From assembly GCA_016209685.1 (NCBI GenBank), contig JACQVQ010000006.1, positions 3,184 to 67,183 of the forward strand: a stretch of 64,000 nucleotides of DNA, read 5' to 3'. The position numbers and the translations under genes are program-made. This stretch comes from Planctomycetota bacterium. GTDB lineage: Bacteria > Planctomycetota > Brocadiia > Brocadiales > Bathyanammoxibiaceae. The first letter of the stretch is position 1, and each line of letters opens with the position of its first letter. Positions 48,101-56,279 of this stretch are shown piece after piece. The notes under the pieces are model-generated. The model made no database searches, was not told the DNA's origin, and saw only the letters and a program-made list of their open reading frames with translations.

Positions 48101-48639
48101 AGGCGAAGTTTGGGGTAGCGGCCGTCATTGCCCTGGTACACGACGTATTATTCACCCTCGGGGCCGTGGCCGTGGCTGGATATTTCTCAGACGTCTTTGG
48201 AGAACTTAAATTGAACCTCCCCATGATCGCCGCATTCCTGGCCCTTGTTGGGTACTCCCTTAACGATACTATAGTAGTCTTTGATAGAATCAGGGAGAAT
48301 ATGGGAGGGAAGAAGGCGGTGGACGCCGGGCTGGTGAATGAGAGCGTCAATCAGACCCTGAGCCGTACTGTGCTAACTAGTTTGACAGTGTTTTTTGTAG
48401 TAGCCAGTCTCTACTTTTTGGGAGGAAGCGAACTCCAGGGCTTCGCCTTCGTCATGCTGGTGGGGATAGCAGTGGGGACTTACTCCTCTATCTTTATTGC
48501 TAGTCCCGTACTGGTATACTGGCCCGCGGTGAGGAGGGGCTTTGGGTTGATATTCCTGGCCCTGACGGCTCCCCTCTGGCTCCCGTGGAAGGTCTGGAAG
48601 AGGTTTATGGGCGGGACGGCCCATCCTCGCCGGGCATAG
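45118..48639 (+). CDS. secDF: Fused protein translocase subunit SecDF (1173 aa)
   Basis: SecD motifs are [13 protein letters not shown] and the TM bundle [26 protein letters not shown]. The SecF part starts near IHFMDYFKK...[10 protein letters not shown] and ends with [19 protein letters not shown]. About 390 non-hydrophobic residues separate the SecF first TM/P1 start from its C-terminal TM bundle. Confidence 0.9.
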   Translation: [1173 protein letters not shown]

Positions 48640-48729
48640 AACAAGGAAACGGGGAACAGGGAACAGGTTACAGGTAAGAGAGGAAAATCTTTTCTTCCTG
48701 TCTCCTGTTGCCTGTTACCTGTCTACTGG
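48640..48729. repeat. Tandem-unit hairpin (ACAGGRA units)
   Basis: GAACAAGGAAACGGGGAACAGGGAACAGGTTACAGGTAAGAGAGG...CTTTTCTTCCTGTCTCCTGTTGCCTGTTACCTGTCTACTGG. It uses the same unit type as 11891..11982 and lies directly after the secDF stop. Confidence 0.75.
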
Positions 48730-48832
48730 ATAAAAGGGGTGGCACCTCATGCCATAGGTCGTGCCTGAGGCAGATTCGCCTCTGGCGAACAGATGCGCCT
48801 ATGGTGAGCTTTTATGTGGTTAGGAGGAGTAC

Positions 48833-49621
48833 ATGAATAGGAAGAGTTTTATAAGAAGGGTTGAGGTGCAGATAGGGATAATCCTGGGAGTGGTGATGTT
48901 CTCCATCCTTGGGGTGTTTCTGGGCATAAGGAAGGGGGAGCAGAAGCCTCAAGAGGCCGCGGTGGTGACCAAAGTGGCGGACGAGACCTCTGAGATGCTG
49001 AACCAGAAGGCCCTGGAGCAGGCCCAGGCAGAGGCCCTACCCAAAGAGGGTACAGTCGGGGCGCCTTTAGCCCAGGGGGCATCAGCACCGACTATGGGGA
49101 TTCCCCCAGGGGCCGCAGAGGCACCAGTGGCGCCCACTGCTGAAATGCCTGCCGTAGGCGAACAGGGGCAGGTGGTAACTAAGACATCTCCTCTACCGGC
49201 GGTCTCTCTGCCTACTACCCATACGGTAAAGGCCAACGACACCCTCGTGGCCCTGGCCAGGAGGTATTATGGAGATGATTCAAAGTGGACCCTCATTTCT
49301 GAGGCCAATCGGCTTTCTAACCAGCGCAGCCTCGCGGTGGGCCAGAAGCTGACTATTCCTATCCCCAAAGAGGTTTCTGCCTCCATCGCAGGCGGACAGG
49401 CGACAAAGGCGGATAAGCCGGCAGTAAAAGTCTCTGCCGCAAAGGCCTACAGGCCCTCCTCGGGCAGGGCTCACCGGGCTCAGCAGGGAGACACCCTTTA
49501 TAAGCTGGCCAGGACGTACTACGGCGATGAGTCTCAATGGAAGAAGATATACAACGCCAACCAGGACGTTTTCGGTCAGAGAGAGACGTTGGAACCAGGA
49601 GACGTGTTGATTATTCCCTAG
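48833..49621 (+). CDS. Membrane-anchored protein with two LysM domains
   Basis: The N-terminal TM segment is IGIILGVVMFSILGVFLGI. LysM 1 is HTVKANDTLVALARRYYGDDSKWTLISEANRL...GQKLTIP. LysM 2 is HRAQQGDTLYKLARTYYGDESQWKKIYNANQD...GDVLIIP. Confidence 0.8.
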   Translation: MNRKSFIRRVEVQIGIILGVVMFSILGVFLGIRKGEQKPQEAAVVTKVADETSEMLNQKALEQAQAEALPKEGTVGAPLAQGASAPTMGIPPGAAEAPVAPTAEMPAVGEQGQVVTKTSPLPAVSLPTTHTVKANDTLVALARRYYGDDSKWTLISEANRLSNQRSLAVGQKLTIPIPKEVSASIAGGQATKADKPAVKVSAAKAYRPSSGRAHRAQQGDTLYKLARTYYGDESQWKKIYNANQDVFGQRETLEPGDVLIIP

Positions 49622-49804
49622 AAAGGGAGGGGAGACAGCTTTCAACCTTTGGCCTGTCGGTCTTCAGACTTCGGGTTTCTAACGGCTGATTGCTGGTAGC
49701 TGACAAGGAGGGGAGATATGGGAATTTGCCTATCTCGTACCATACCAGTACGGGACTTGTTTACCGGGCTTTTTTCGGGCAGAGGGGCCGTAGCTAGTAG
49801 GGAG

Positions 49805-49819
49805 TCCGCCCCAGGCGGA
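49805..49819. repeat. TCCGCC-N3-GGCGGA palindrome (CCA centre)
   Basis: TCCGCCCCAGGCGGA. Confidence 0.75.
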
Positions 49820-49840
49820 TGCCACCACAGATTGCAGAGT

Positions 49841-49914
49841 GTTCCGAATGCGGAATGCGGAGTGCGGAGTGCGGAATTTAACTCCGCATTCCGAAATCCG
49901 AAATCCGAATTCAC
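49841..49914. repeat. Tandem-unit hairpin (GCGGAAT/GCGGAGT units)
   Basis: GTTCCGAATGCGGAATGCGGAGTGCGGAGTGCGGAATTTAACTCCGCATTCCGAAATCCGAAATCCGAATTCAC. Confidence 0.8.
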
Positions 49915-49927
49915 CCTTGTCCGCCTG

Positions 49928-51076
49928 ATGCGGATTACTGCTTACTGCCCGCCCAAAATATGGCGGATTTTCAACCTGCTGGCCCTTTTTCTCTGTGGCC
50001 TGTATAGTGCGGAGGGGGTACAGGGGGCGCAATCCGTAGAGAACCCATACCCCCTCTTCAAGCACGATGCCCAGCATACGGGCAGGAGCACCTTTCTAGG
50101 GGCCCAGAAGGCCAACGTTAAATGGAGTTACCCCACAGAAGACCACATTATATCTTCCCCAACCGTGGGGGGGGATGGTACCGTGTACGTGGGTGGTATG
50201 GACGGGAATCTCTACGCCATAAGGCCGGACGGCCATACCAAATGGTTCTACCCTGCGCAGAGCGCCATCTTTTCCTCCCCTGCCGTTGCCCAGGACGGCA
50301 CCGTTTACTTTGGCTGCCGTGATAAGGTCCTCTTTGCCGTTGGGCCGGACATGAAGGAGAAATGGAAATTCAGGATGGGCGGAGAAATCCTGTCCTCCCC
50401 AACCGTGGGCCAGGATGGCACCGTTTACGTTGGGAACTGGGATGGCAAGCTCTATGCCATTAACCAGGAGGGGGCGCTTAAATGGACGTACCAGACGGGG
50501 GACAGTATCGTAGCCTCCTCCCCTGCAGTAGCCCACGATGGCACTATCTATGTAGGTTCCAGGGACAGGCAACTCCATGCAATTGACCCGGCCTCAGGAA
50601 AAAAGAGGTGGAGCTTCCAGGCAGGGGACAAGGTGGATACCGCCCCTTGTGTTGGGCCTGATGGGACGGTCTACTTCGGCGCCAACGATGGCATCCTGTA
50701 CGCCCTCTCTCCCCAGGGAGAGCCGAAGTGGAAGTTTGAAACGGGTTCCTGGATATACTCTTCCCCTTCCCTGGGAGCTGATGGGACGGTCTACTTTGGT
50801 GCCAAGGATGGCAAGGTCTATGCGGTAAGCCCCCAGGGGCAGAAGAAATGGGCCTTCCAGACAGGGGACAGCGTCAGTTCCTCCCCGACCCTGGGTTCGG
50901 ACGGTACCGTTTATGTCGGTTCCTGGGACGGAAAGTTTTACGCCATCGGCCCGGACGGCCAGCTGAAATGGAGCTACGATGCAGGGGCCTCCATAGCCAG
51001 CTCCCCGGCCATAGACGCCGAAGGCACGGTATACGTGGGCTGTGACAGCGGCAAGCTCTACGCCTTCGCAAGGTAG
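49928..51076 (+). CDS. Secreted PQQ-like (BamB-type) beta-propeller repeat protein
   Basis: The ATG at 49928 lies after the hairpin. The signal is IFNLLALFLCGLYSAEG. About eight repeats of the pattern SSP(A/T)VGxDGTVYVGxxDGKLYAIxxxGxxKW are present. Confidence 0.8.
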   Translation: MRITAYCPPKIWRIFNLLALFLCGLYSAEGVQGAQSVENPYPLFKHDAQHTGRSTFLGAQKANVKWSYPTEDHIISSPTVGGDGTVYVGGMDGNLYAIRPDGHTKWFYPAQSAIFSSPAVAQDGTVYFGCRDKVLFAVGPDMKEKWKFRMGGEILSSPTVGQDGTVYVGNWDGKLYAINQEGALKWTYQTGDSIVASSPAVAHDGTIYVGSRDRQLHAIDPASGKKRWSFQAGDKVDTAPCVGPDGTVYFGANDGILYALSPQGEPKWKFETGSWIYSSPSLGADGTVYFGAKDGKVYAVSPQGQKKWAFQTGDSVSSSPTLGSDGTVYVGSWDGKFYAIGPDGQLKWSYDAGASIASSPAIDAEGTVYVGCDSGKLYAFAR

Positions 51077-51135
51077 ACCTTCCCCTGGTTAGGGCTTGAC
51101 GGACTCTGCATCCTGTGGTAAATGTTTAGATTAGC

Positions 51136-52335
51136 ATGATTGGTATCTCCAAATTATACTGCGGGACCGTTGAGCCCTCTGACGCCCTCCGCTACGGCAG
51201 GGAGTCAAAGAGGCTACCCTCCCACCTGCTGCAATTTTCCAGTGACAAGAAGCCCGTGATAGTCTGGAGTACGGGCCAGCGCTGTAACCTGAAGTGCATC
51301 CACTGCTACTCCCAGTCCAGAGACATTGAGTATCCCAATGAATTAACTACCCAGGAAGGTAAGACCCTCCTGGACGACCTGGCCCAGTACGGCGTCCCGG
51401 TAGTGCTCTTCTCCGGGGGAGAACCTACCATGAGGCCAGACCTCCTGGAATTGGCCCACCACGCCAAGTCCAAAGGGCTAAGGGCCGTAATCAGCACCAA
51501 CGGTACCCTCATTACCAGGGAAAAGGCCAGGGAATTAAAGTCTGTGGGGCTGTCTTACGTGGGGGTCAGCCTGGACGGGATGAGGGAGACCAATGACCGC
51601 TTCCGTGCCGTGGAAGGGGCCTTTGATATGGCCATCCAGGGTATCCGTAACTGCATGGCTGAGGGTATCAAGGTGGGACTCCGTTTTACTATTAACAGGG
51701 GCAACGCCCTGGATATACCAGACATATTTGAACTCATAAAACAGGAGGGCATCCCCAGGGTATGCTTCTATCACCTGGTCTATGCAGGTAGGGGTTCAAA
51801 ACTCATTAAGGAAGACCTCAACCACGAGGAGACGAGGCAGGTCGTGGACCTGATTATGGACAAGGCCAAAGAACTCCATGACCAGGGGCGCAAGATTGAG
51901 GTGCTTACCGTGGACAATCACGCCGATGGCCCTTACATCTATCTGCGTCTCCTGCGGGAGGACCCCAGGAGGGCAGAAGAGGTCTACCAACTCCTCCAGT
52001 GGAATGAGGGCAACAGTTCGGGGAAGGGTATTGGCTGTGTAAGCTGGGATGGCACTGTGCATCCCGACCAGTTCTGGCGCCACATAGTCCTGGGTAACGT
52101 AAGGGAACGCCCCTTCAGCGAGATATGGGAAGATACATCTAACCCCTTCATGGCTAAGCTGAAGGACAAGAACAAGTACGTAAAGGGTCGCTGTTCCATG
52201 TGTAAGTGGCTCAATGTCTGTGGAGGGAATTTCCGCGCCCGCGCCGAGGCCTACTACGGGGACGTCTGGTCCCCCGACCCCGCCTGCTACCTTACCGATG
52301 AGGAGATTGGGCTGGTTAGTCCAGTAGGTGTTTAG
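51136..52335 (+). CDS. Radical SAM/SPASM protein, AhbD/NirJ-like (heme or heme d1 biosynthesis family)
   Basis: The N-terminus is ISKLYCGTVEPSDALRYGRESKRLPSHLLQFSSDKKPVIVWSTGQRCNLKCIHCY, with the CxxxCxxC motif. The C-terminal SPASM motif is CSMCKWLNVCGGNF. The subfamily assignment is from memory only. Confidence 0.7.
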   Translation: MIGISKLYCGTVEPSDALRYGRESKRLPSHLLQFSSDKKPVIVWSTGQRCNLKCIHCYSQSRDIEYPNELTTQEGKTLLDDLAQYGVPVVLFSGGEPTMRPDLLELAHHAKSKGLRAVISTNGTLITREKARELKSVGLSYVGVSLDGMRETNDRFRAVEGAFDMAIQGIRNCMAEGIKVGLRFTINRGNALDIPDIFELIKQEGIPRVCFYHLVYAGRGSKLIKEDLNHEETRQVVDLIMDKAKELHDQGRKIEVLTVDNHADGPYIYLRLLREDPRRAEEVYQLLQWNEGNSSGKGIGCVSWDGTVHPDQFWRHIVLGNVRERPFSEIWEDTSNPFMAKLKDKNKYVKGRCSMCKWLNVCGGNFRARAEAYYGDVWSPDPACYLTDEEIGLVSPVGV

Positions 52336-52434
52336 ATAAAGGTCTTCATCCAGGAGGCATTAAGTGCCCCAAGAGGAATAGGAAGTTTTTTGTTGTTCTG
52401 TTTTATTTTTATTGTTCCTTGGTTGTATCGCTAT

Positions 52435-52911
52435 TTATATTTCTCCTACCTTTTGTAGTGCCTTTTGATAAAGTTCCCTCCTTAAGCGAAAGTCATGTCG
52501 CAAAAACTCGTCCAAGACTTCTTTCAAGTTTTCTATCTCCCCAATCTCCTTTGCATGTATAAGTACACCCAATGTGCCGATAATCCTAACGCCCTCTTTG
52601 ATTGCTGCCTTTCTGGCGGCAAGGTCGTCTATAAGCAGAGGTAAACGTCTTTCCCTGGCAAGAAGGATGGCCTCCTTTTCTCCATCGCCCAGGGTATGAG
52701 GTAATTTATTAATATCTTCAGGGCTCTCCAAGCTGAGAATTTCTATCCAGGGGAGTTTTCCTGTTTCGCTCATACCGGGTTTTCTAAACCCTTGGATTAA
52801 TTCTGCGTGAACTGCTGGTGGGATAGCAATTTTTTGAAATATTTTATGGAGGAGAGCTAGTTTATTTACCCTGACAAAACTAATGAGTGGCCCTGCATTG
52901 GAGACAATCAT
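52435..52911 (-). CDS. DUF3368 (PIN-like) putative toxin
   Basis: MIVSNAGPLISFVRVNKLALLHKIFQKIAIPPAVHAEL fits the DUF3368 N-terminus as recalled. It overlaps the upstream small gene by 4 nt and lies in a lower-G+C patch. Confidence 0.6.
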   Translation of the reverse strand: MIVSNAGPLISFVRVNKLALLHKIFQKIAIPPAVHAELIQGFRKPGMSETGKLPWIEILSLESPEDINKLPHTLGDGEKEAILLARERRLPLLIDDLAARKAAIKEGVRIIGTLGVLIHAKEIGEIENLKEVLDEFLRHDFRLRRELYQKALQKVGEI

Positions 52912-53192
52912 TTATAATGCCCTTTCTTCCTGAAGCTCTTAAGGGTGGAGAGTTCCTGTTCAAGTTCTTCGGAAGAAAGGTCAAAAGTAGGGACATTATA
53001 TTTAGCCATGAGATCAAAAAGGGAGTTTCGGTTTATACCCAAAAACTCCGAGGCCTTACCCTGGGATATTTTATGCTTACGCAATAGTTCTAAAACTGCT
53101 GACTGTTTTACTTTTCGTACAGCTTCCTTGTCTGTTTTGCCAAGGTGTCTAAGTATCTCTTCAGGGAATTCTATCTCTAGCTTTTTGTTCAT
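52908..53192 (-). CDS. UPF0175-family putative antitoxin
   Basis: 94 aa. AVLELLRKHKISQGKASEFLGINRNSLFDLMAKYNVP fits the UPF0175 HTH-like pattern. It is the usual partner of DUF3368. Confidence 0.6.
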   Translation of the reverse strand: MNKKLEIEFPEEILRHLGKTDKEAVRKVKQSAVLELLRKHKISQGKASEFLGINRNSLFDLMAKYNVPTFDLSSEELEQELSTLKSFRKKGHYK

Positions 53193-53275
53193 TGCTTTGG
53201 GGCATTATACAATGCTTTAGCTAATTAATCTACCGATGTATCTTCTATTGTGTGGGCCAAGAGTGTAGTGGTAGT

Positions 53276-54094
53276 TTAAAGGGCAATAATACTTATACCC
53301 TCTTTATCGGCCAGTCTAATCATCTCCCCCTTGTCCAGGACAAGGGTCTTCCCCGCCTCAATAGCCAGGCAGGATACCCCTGCGTCTTTAAGGGTCTTAA
53401 CCGTCTCAGGGCCTACGGTGGGGATGTCAAAGCGGAGGTCCAGGTTCTCCCTGGCGACCTTTATGGCCACCACCCCCTCACGGCCAAGCTTGCCCCCCCG
53501 TCTCAGTGCCTCATCAGTCCCTTCAATAGCCTCTACGGCCAGCACCACCTTCTCTTTGACCACTACGCTCTGACCTATCTGGCGGTGGGCTATCTCCTTG
53601 GCAATGGGCCAGCCGAACTCTATATCCTCCGTCTCCCTCTGGGAGGGACTCCTCCAGGTGAGGCATCCCTTTAGGGCAAGCAGTTGGGGCACGAAGGTTA
53701 CTGAGCTGAGCAGTTCTATGCCGTCCCTCGCCAACTCGTCTGCCACTGCCGCAAGGAGGGTATGGTCGTTCCTATCCCTCACCTTCCTGTAGAAGAGGGT
53801 TATGCCCCTCCAGTCGGGCCTGAACTTCAGGAAACGGAAACGGGAGTACATACTGGACTTGGTCAGCCCCCCGGCCATAACGGCCTTGGTGATGCCTTCT
53901 TGCTTGAGAATCCTAATCAGCTTACCGAGCTGGGCGAGTTTTATCCAGTGGAGGCTCTCAACGTAGTGTTTTATCTCAGGGTTGGTCTCCCCCTCTACCC
54001 CCACGGCCACCACCTGGACGTTGTTCTCCCTGGCCCCCTGGGCAAAGAGGAGAGGGAAGCGTCCGTTACCCGCTATGAGGCCTATCTTTTCCAC
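53276..54094 (-). CDS. lpxI: UDP-2,3-diacylglucosamine pyrophosphatase LpxI (DUF1009)
   Basis: MEKIGLIAGNGRFPLLFAQGAREN..VVAV, AVEAIEGTDEALRRGG, IPTVGPETV. Confidence 0.8.
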   Translation of the reverse strand: MEKIGLIAGNGRFPLLFAQGARENNVQVVAVGVEGETNPEIKHYVESLHWIKLAQLGKLIRILKQEGITKAVMAGGLTKSSMYSRFRFLKFRPDWRGITLFYRKVRDRNDHTLLAAVADELARDGIELLSSVTFVPQLLALKGCLTWRSPSQRETEDIEFGWPIAKEIAHRQIGQSVVVKEKVVLAVEAIEGTDEALRRGGKLGREGVVAIKVARENLDLRFDIPTVGPETVKTLKDAGVSCLAIEAGKTLVLDKGEMIRLADKEGISIIAL

Positions 54095-54330
54095 CTTAAT
54101 ATCCCTCTTAGAGACCAGCTTTTGTTAAGAAGATAAAATGTCTTATTTCCTTATTATCTTCTTTTCCCAATCGGAGTGTTTTTTGGGTAAAGGATAAACC
54201 TTGTCAGCCGGTCTCGTGGGGTACGGTCTTGGTTCTGGAGGTGGAGCTTGTTCCTTTGGTTTTCTTTCTTGCTCAGTCATGGAAAACTCTTTTCCAAATG
54301 TTTCAGTTTAATAATATTTTAGAAATTTCT

Positions 54331-54816
54331 TTATAAATGCTTTGGGCCTGCAAGATATAGATAAATTATACTAGATATTATTAGAAATACACCTGCTATA
54401 ATTAACAAGGCCGACCACCATACAAGCATTGCCCTATAACCTACAATCCTACTATTTTTCCCTAGTACTTCTTTATAAGTTGCGATTAAACGACTTTTTA
54501 CTTCTAACGAATCCTGTTTCAATTCTCCTACAAGCACATTAAAGTCTATCCTTTCAAAAGATTCTGTCCGAATAACAAAGAGGGATATCGTTATAGAAGA
54601 AAATAGACATAATGCACTAATCACTAAGATAGGTAGCGCCAAGCAGGGTAACAAATCTCCAAAGTCGTGTATAAGAAAAGAAACAGCCGCAAGCAGGATG
54701 CCCGATATGGTTACTGAGGTGTTTGCTTTATTTAGAACTGAATCATACCTGTTTTCCTCTGCCTCTAATTCTCTTTGCATTACATCCGGGATAGTATTTA
54801 CTGTTTCAGGATTCAC
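54331..54816 (-). CDS. Orphan low-G+C membrane protein (3-4 predicted TM helices)
   Basis: The GTG start overlaps the lpxD stop (GTGA). Hydrophobic segments are TISGILLAAVSFLI, LALPILVISALCLFSSITISLFVI and AMLVWWSALLIIAGVFLIISSIIYL. I recognised no family. Confidence 0.5.
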   Translation of the reverse strand: MNPETVNTIPDVMQRELEAEENRYDSVLNKANTSVTISGILLAAVSFLIHDFGDLLPCLALPILVISALCLFSSITISLFVIRTESFERIDFNVLVGELKQDSLEVKSRLIATYKEVLGKNSRIVGYRAMLVWWSALLIIAGVFLIISSIIYLYLAGPKHL

Positions 54817-55955
54817 TCTAGGTCCAACCTTTTCTCTAGCTCCGCTACCTTCTTCTTTAGAGACCTCAGGAGTTCCATCATCGCTGGCAGTCTGTGCATG
54901 GCCACCTGGGTGCGGCGCATCTTCTTAATGGGTTCGGCAGGGTAGCCCAGATAGGTCCCTCCGCTTGGGAGGTCGTTGGTCACCCCAGACCTTGCCCCCA
55001 CCTTCACGTCGTCCCCAACGGTGACGTGCCCCACCACCCCTACCCCTCCTGCCAGTATGACACGACTACCTATCTTGGCGCTTCCGGCGATACCCACCTG
55101 GCCGATGAGCAGGGTGTTCTCTCCAATCTCCACGTTGTGGGCTATCTGCACCTGGCTCCCTATCTTGGTACCCCTGCCAATCCTTGTAGCTCCAAGGGCC
55201 CCGCGCTGTATCGTAGTATTCGCCCCTATCTCCACCTCGTCTTCCAGTATAGTGTTTCCGACCTGGTGGATAGAGAAGTAGCCCTCCTCTTCCGGGGCAA
55301 AGCCGAAGCCACTGCTGCCTATAACCGTGTTGGAATGTATCCGTACCCGCTTCCCTATCACAGTACCGGGGTAGATGACCACGTTGGGGTATAGTATGGT
55401 ATCCTCCCCTATCTGACAGTCCTCCCCGACGTAAACGTTGGGCATGATGACTGCCCTGTCCCCAAGCCGTGTACGGTCGCCCACGAAGACCCTTGGATAT
55501 ATGCTCACCTCCTGTCCCAGCCTGGCGGTGGGGCAGATGGTGGCGGTAGGGTGGATACCTTTGGGATGGACTTCTTCCGGCTTAAAGAGGTCTACCGCCC
55601 TGGCGAAGGCCAGGTAGGGGTTTTCGGTAACCAGGAGGGCGGGCTTCGGCCCTTGGCCCCCGCTCTGCTGACCGCTGAGAGCGGGAGACACAATCACTGC
55701 TGAGGCCCTGGTGGTGGCTAGTTTCTTTGAGTATTTTTCGTTGGCAATAAAGGTAATGTCTCCCGCCTGGGCCTCGTCAATGGTCATAACCCCACGGATA
55801 GATATGCCTTTATTTCCGACCACCTTTCCCCCGAGCCTGCGGGCAAGTTCACCGAGGGTCAGGCTTTTTTGGTCCTGCCTCGTCGTAGGGGCACGTTGCA
55901 ACGTGCCCCTACCAGGCGGACTGAGCTTCTTAGACGGTTTGGTATTCCTTGACAT
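54813..55955 (-). CDS. lpxD: UDP-3-O-acylglucosamine N-acyltransferase
   Basis: LTLGELARRLGGKVVGN, followed by a long left-handed beta-helix hexapeptide-repeat region and a C-terminal helix. The ~30-codon N-terminal extension contains a palindromic repeat. Confidence 0.9.
   Translation of the reverse strand: MSRNTKPSKKLSPPGRGTLQRAPTTRQDQKSLTLGELARRLGGKVVGNKGISIRGVMTIDEAQAGDITFIANEKYSKKLATTRASAVIVSPALSGQQSGGQGPKPALLVTENPYLAFARAVDLFKPEEVHPKGIHPTATICPTARLGQEVSIYPRVFVGDRTRLGDRAVIMPNVYVGEDCQIGEDTILYPNVVIYPGTVIGKRVRIHSNTVIGSSGFGFAPEEEGYFSIHQVGNTILEDEVEIGANTTIQRGALGATRIGRGTKIGSQVQIAHNVEIGENTLLIGQVGIAGSAKIGSRVILAGGVGVVGHVTVGDDVKVGARSGVTNDLPSGGTYLGYPAEPIKKMRRTQVAMHRLPAMMELLRSLKKKVAELEKRLDLE
55885..55912. 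repeat. GTAGGGGC...GCCCCTAC palindrome (ACGTTGCAACGT core) inside the lpxD 5' extension
   Basis: GTAGGGGCACGTTGCAACGTGCCCCTAC, a perfect 28-nt palindrome. Confidence 0.85.
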
Positions 55956-56279
55956 AAGAGCTAGGAAGGGATAGACTTTTCACCGTATCATAAATAGGGG
56001 CAATCCACCTCAGCGGATCGCCCGTATAGGTTAGATGATAGATTTACCCCCTGGCCTTGTCAATAGGGTATTATAGATAGATTGCTTTGCTGTCCCTTCT
56101 CCGCCTCAGGTGGACTCAGGGCTACGGCTTACGATGACACGCTCTACTATGTGACAACCCATGTCCTTCCATATCCTCTTAATAAGCCCCGGGGTTCATG
56201 ATTTCACCGCCTTTGACCTATGGGCGAAACCTCTAGCTCAGGCGGATACCTCTACGGTGACTGTGGAGAGTTAAAGTCT

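Noticed and set aside
49841-49914. Short tandem repeats (GCGGAAT etc.) as a possible mini-CRISPR or CRISPR remnant.
   Set aside because: The units are 7-8 nt and directly abutting, with no spacers. They are mirrored by complementary units to form a hairpin. No cas genes are present in the window.
54143-54280. 45-codon Pro/Lys-rich ORF (MTEQERKPKEQAPPPEPRPYPTRPADKVYPLPKKHSDWEKKIIRK) between the orphan membrane gene and lpxI.
   Set aside because: It is too short and compositionally biased to support as a gene from sequence alone, and it has no recognisable RBS. It is mentioned only as context in the lpxD-lpxI finding.
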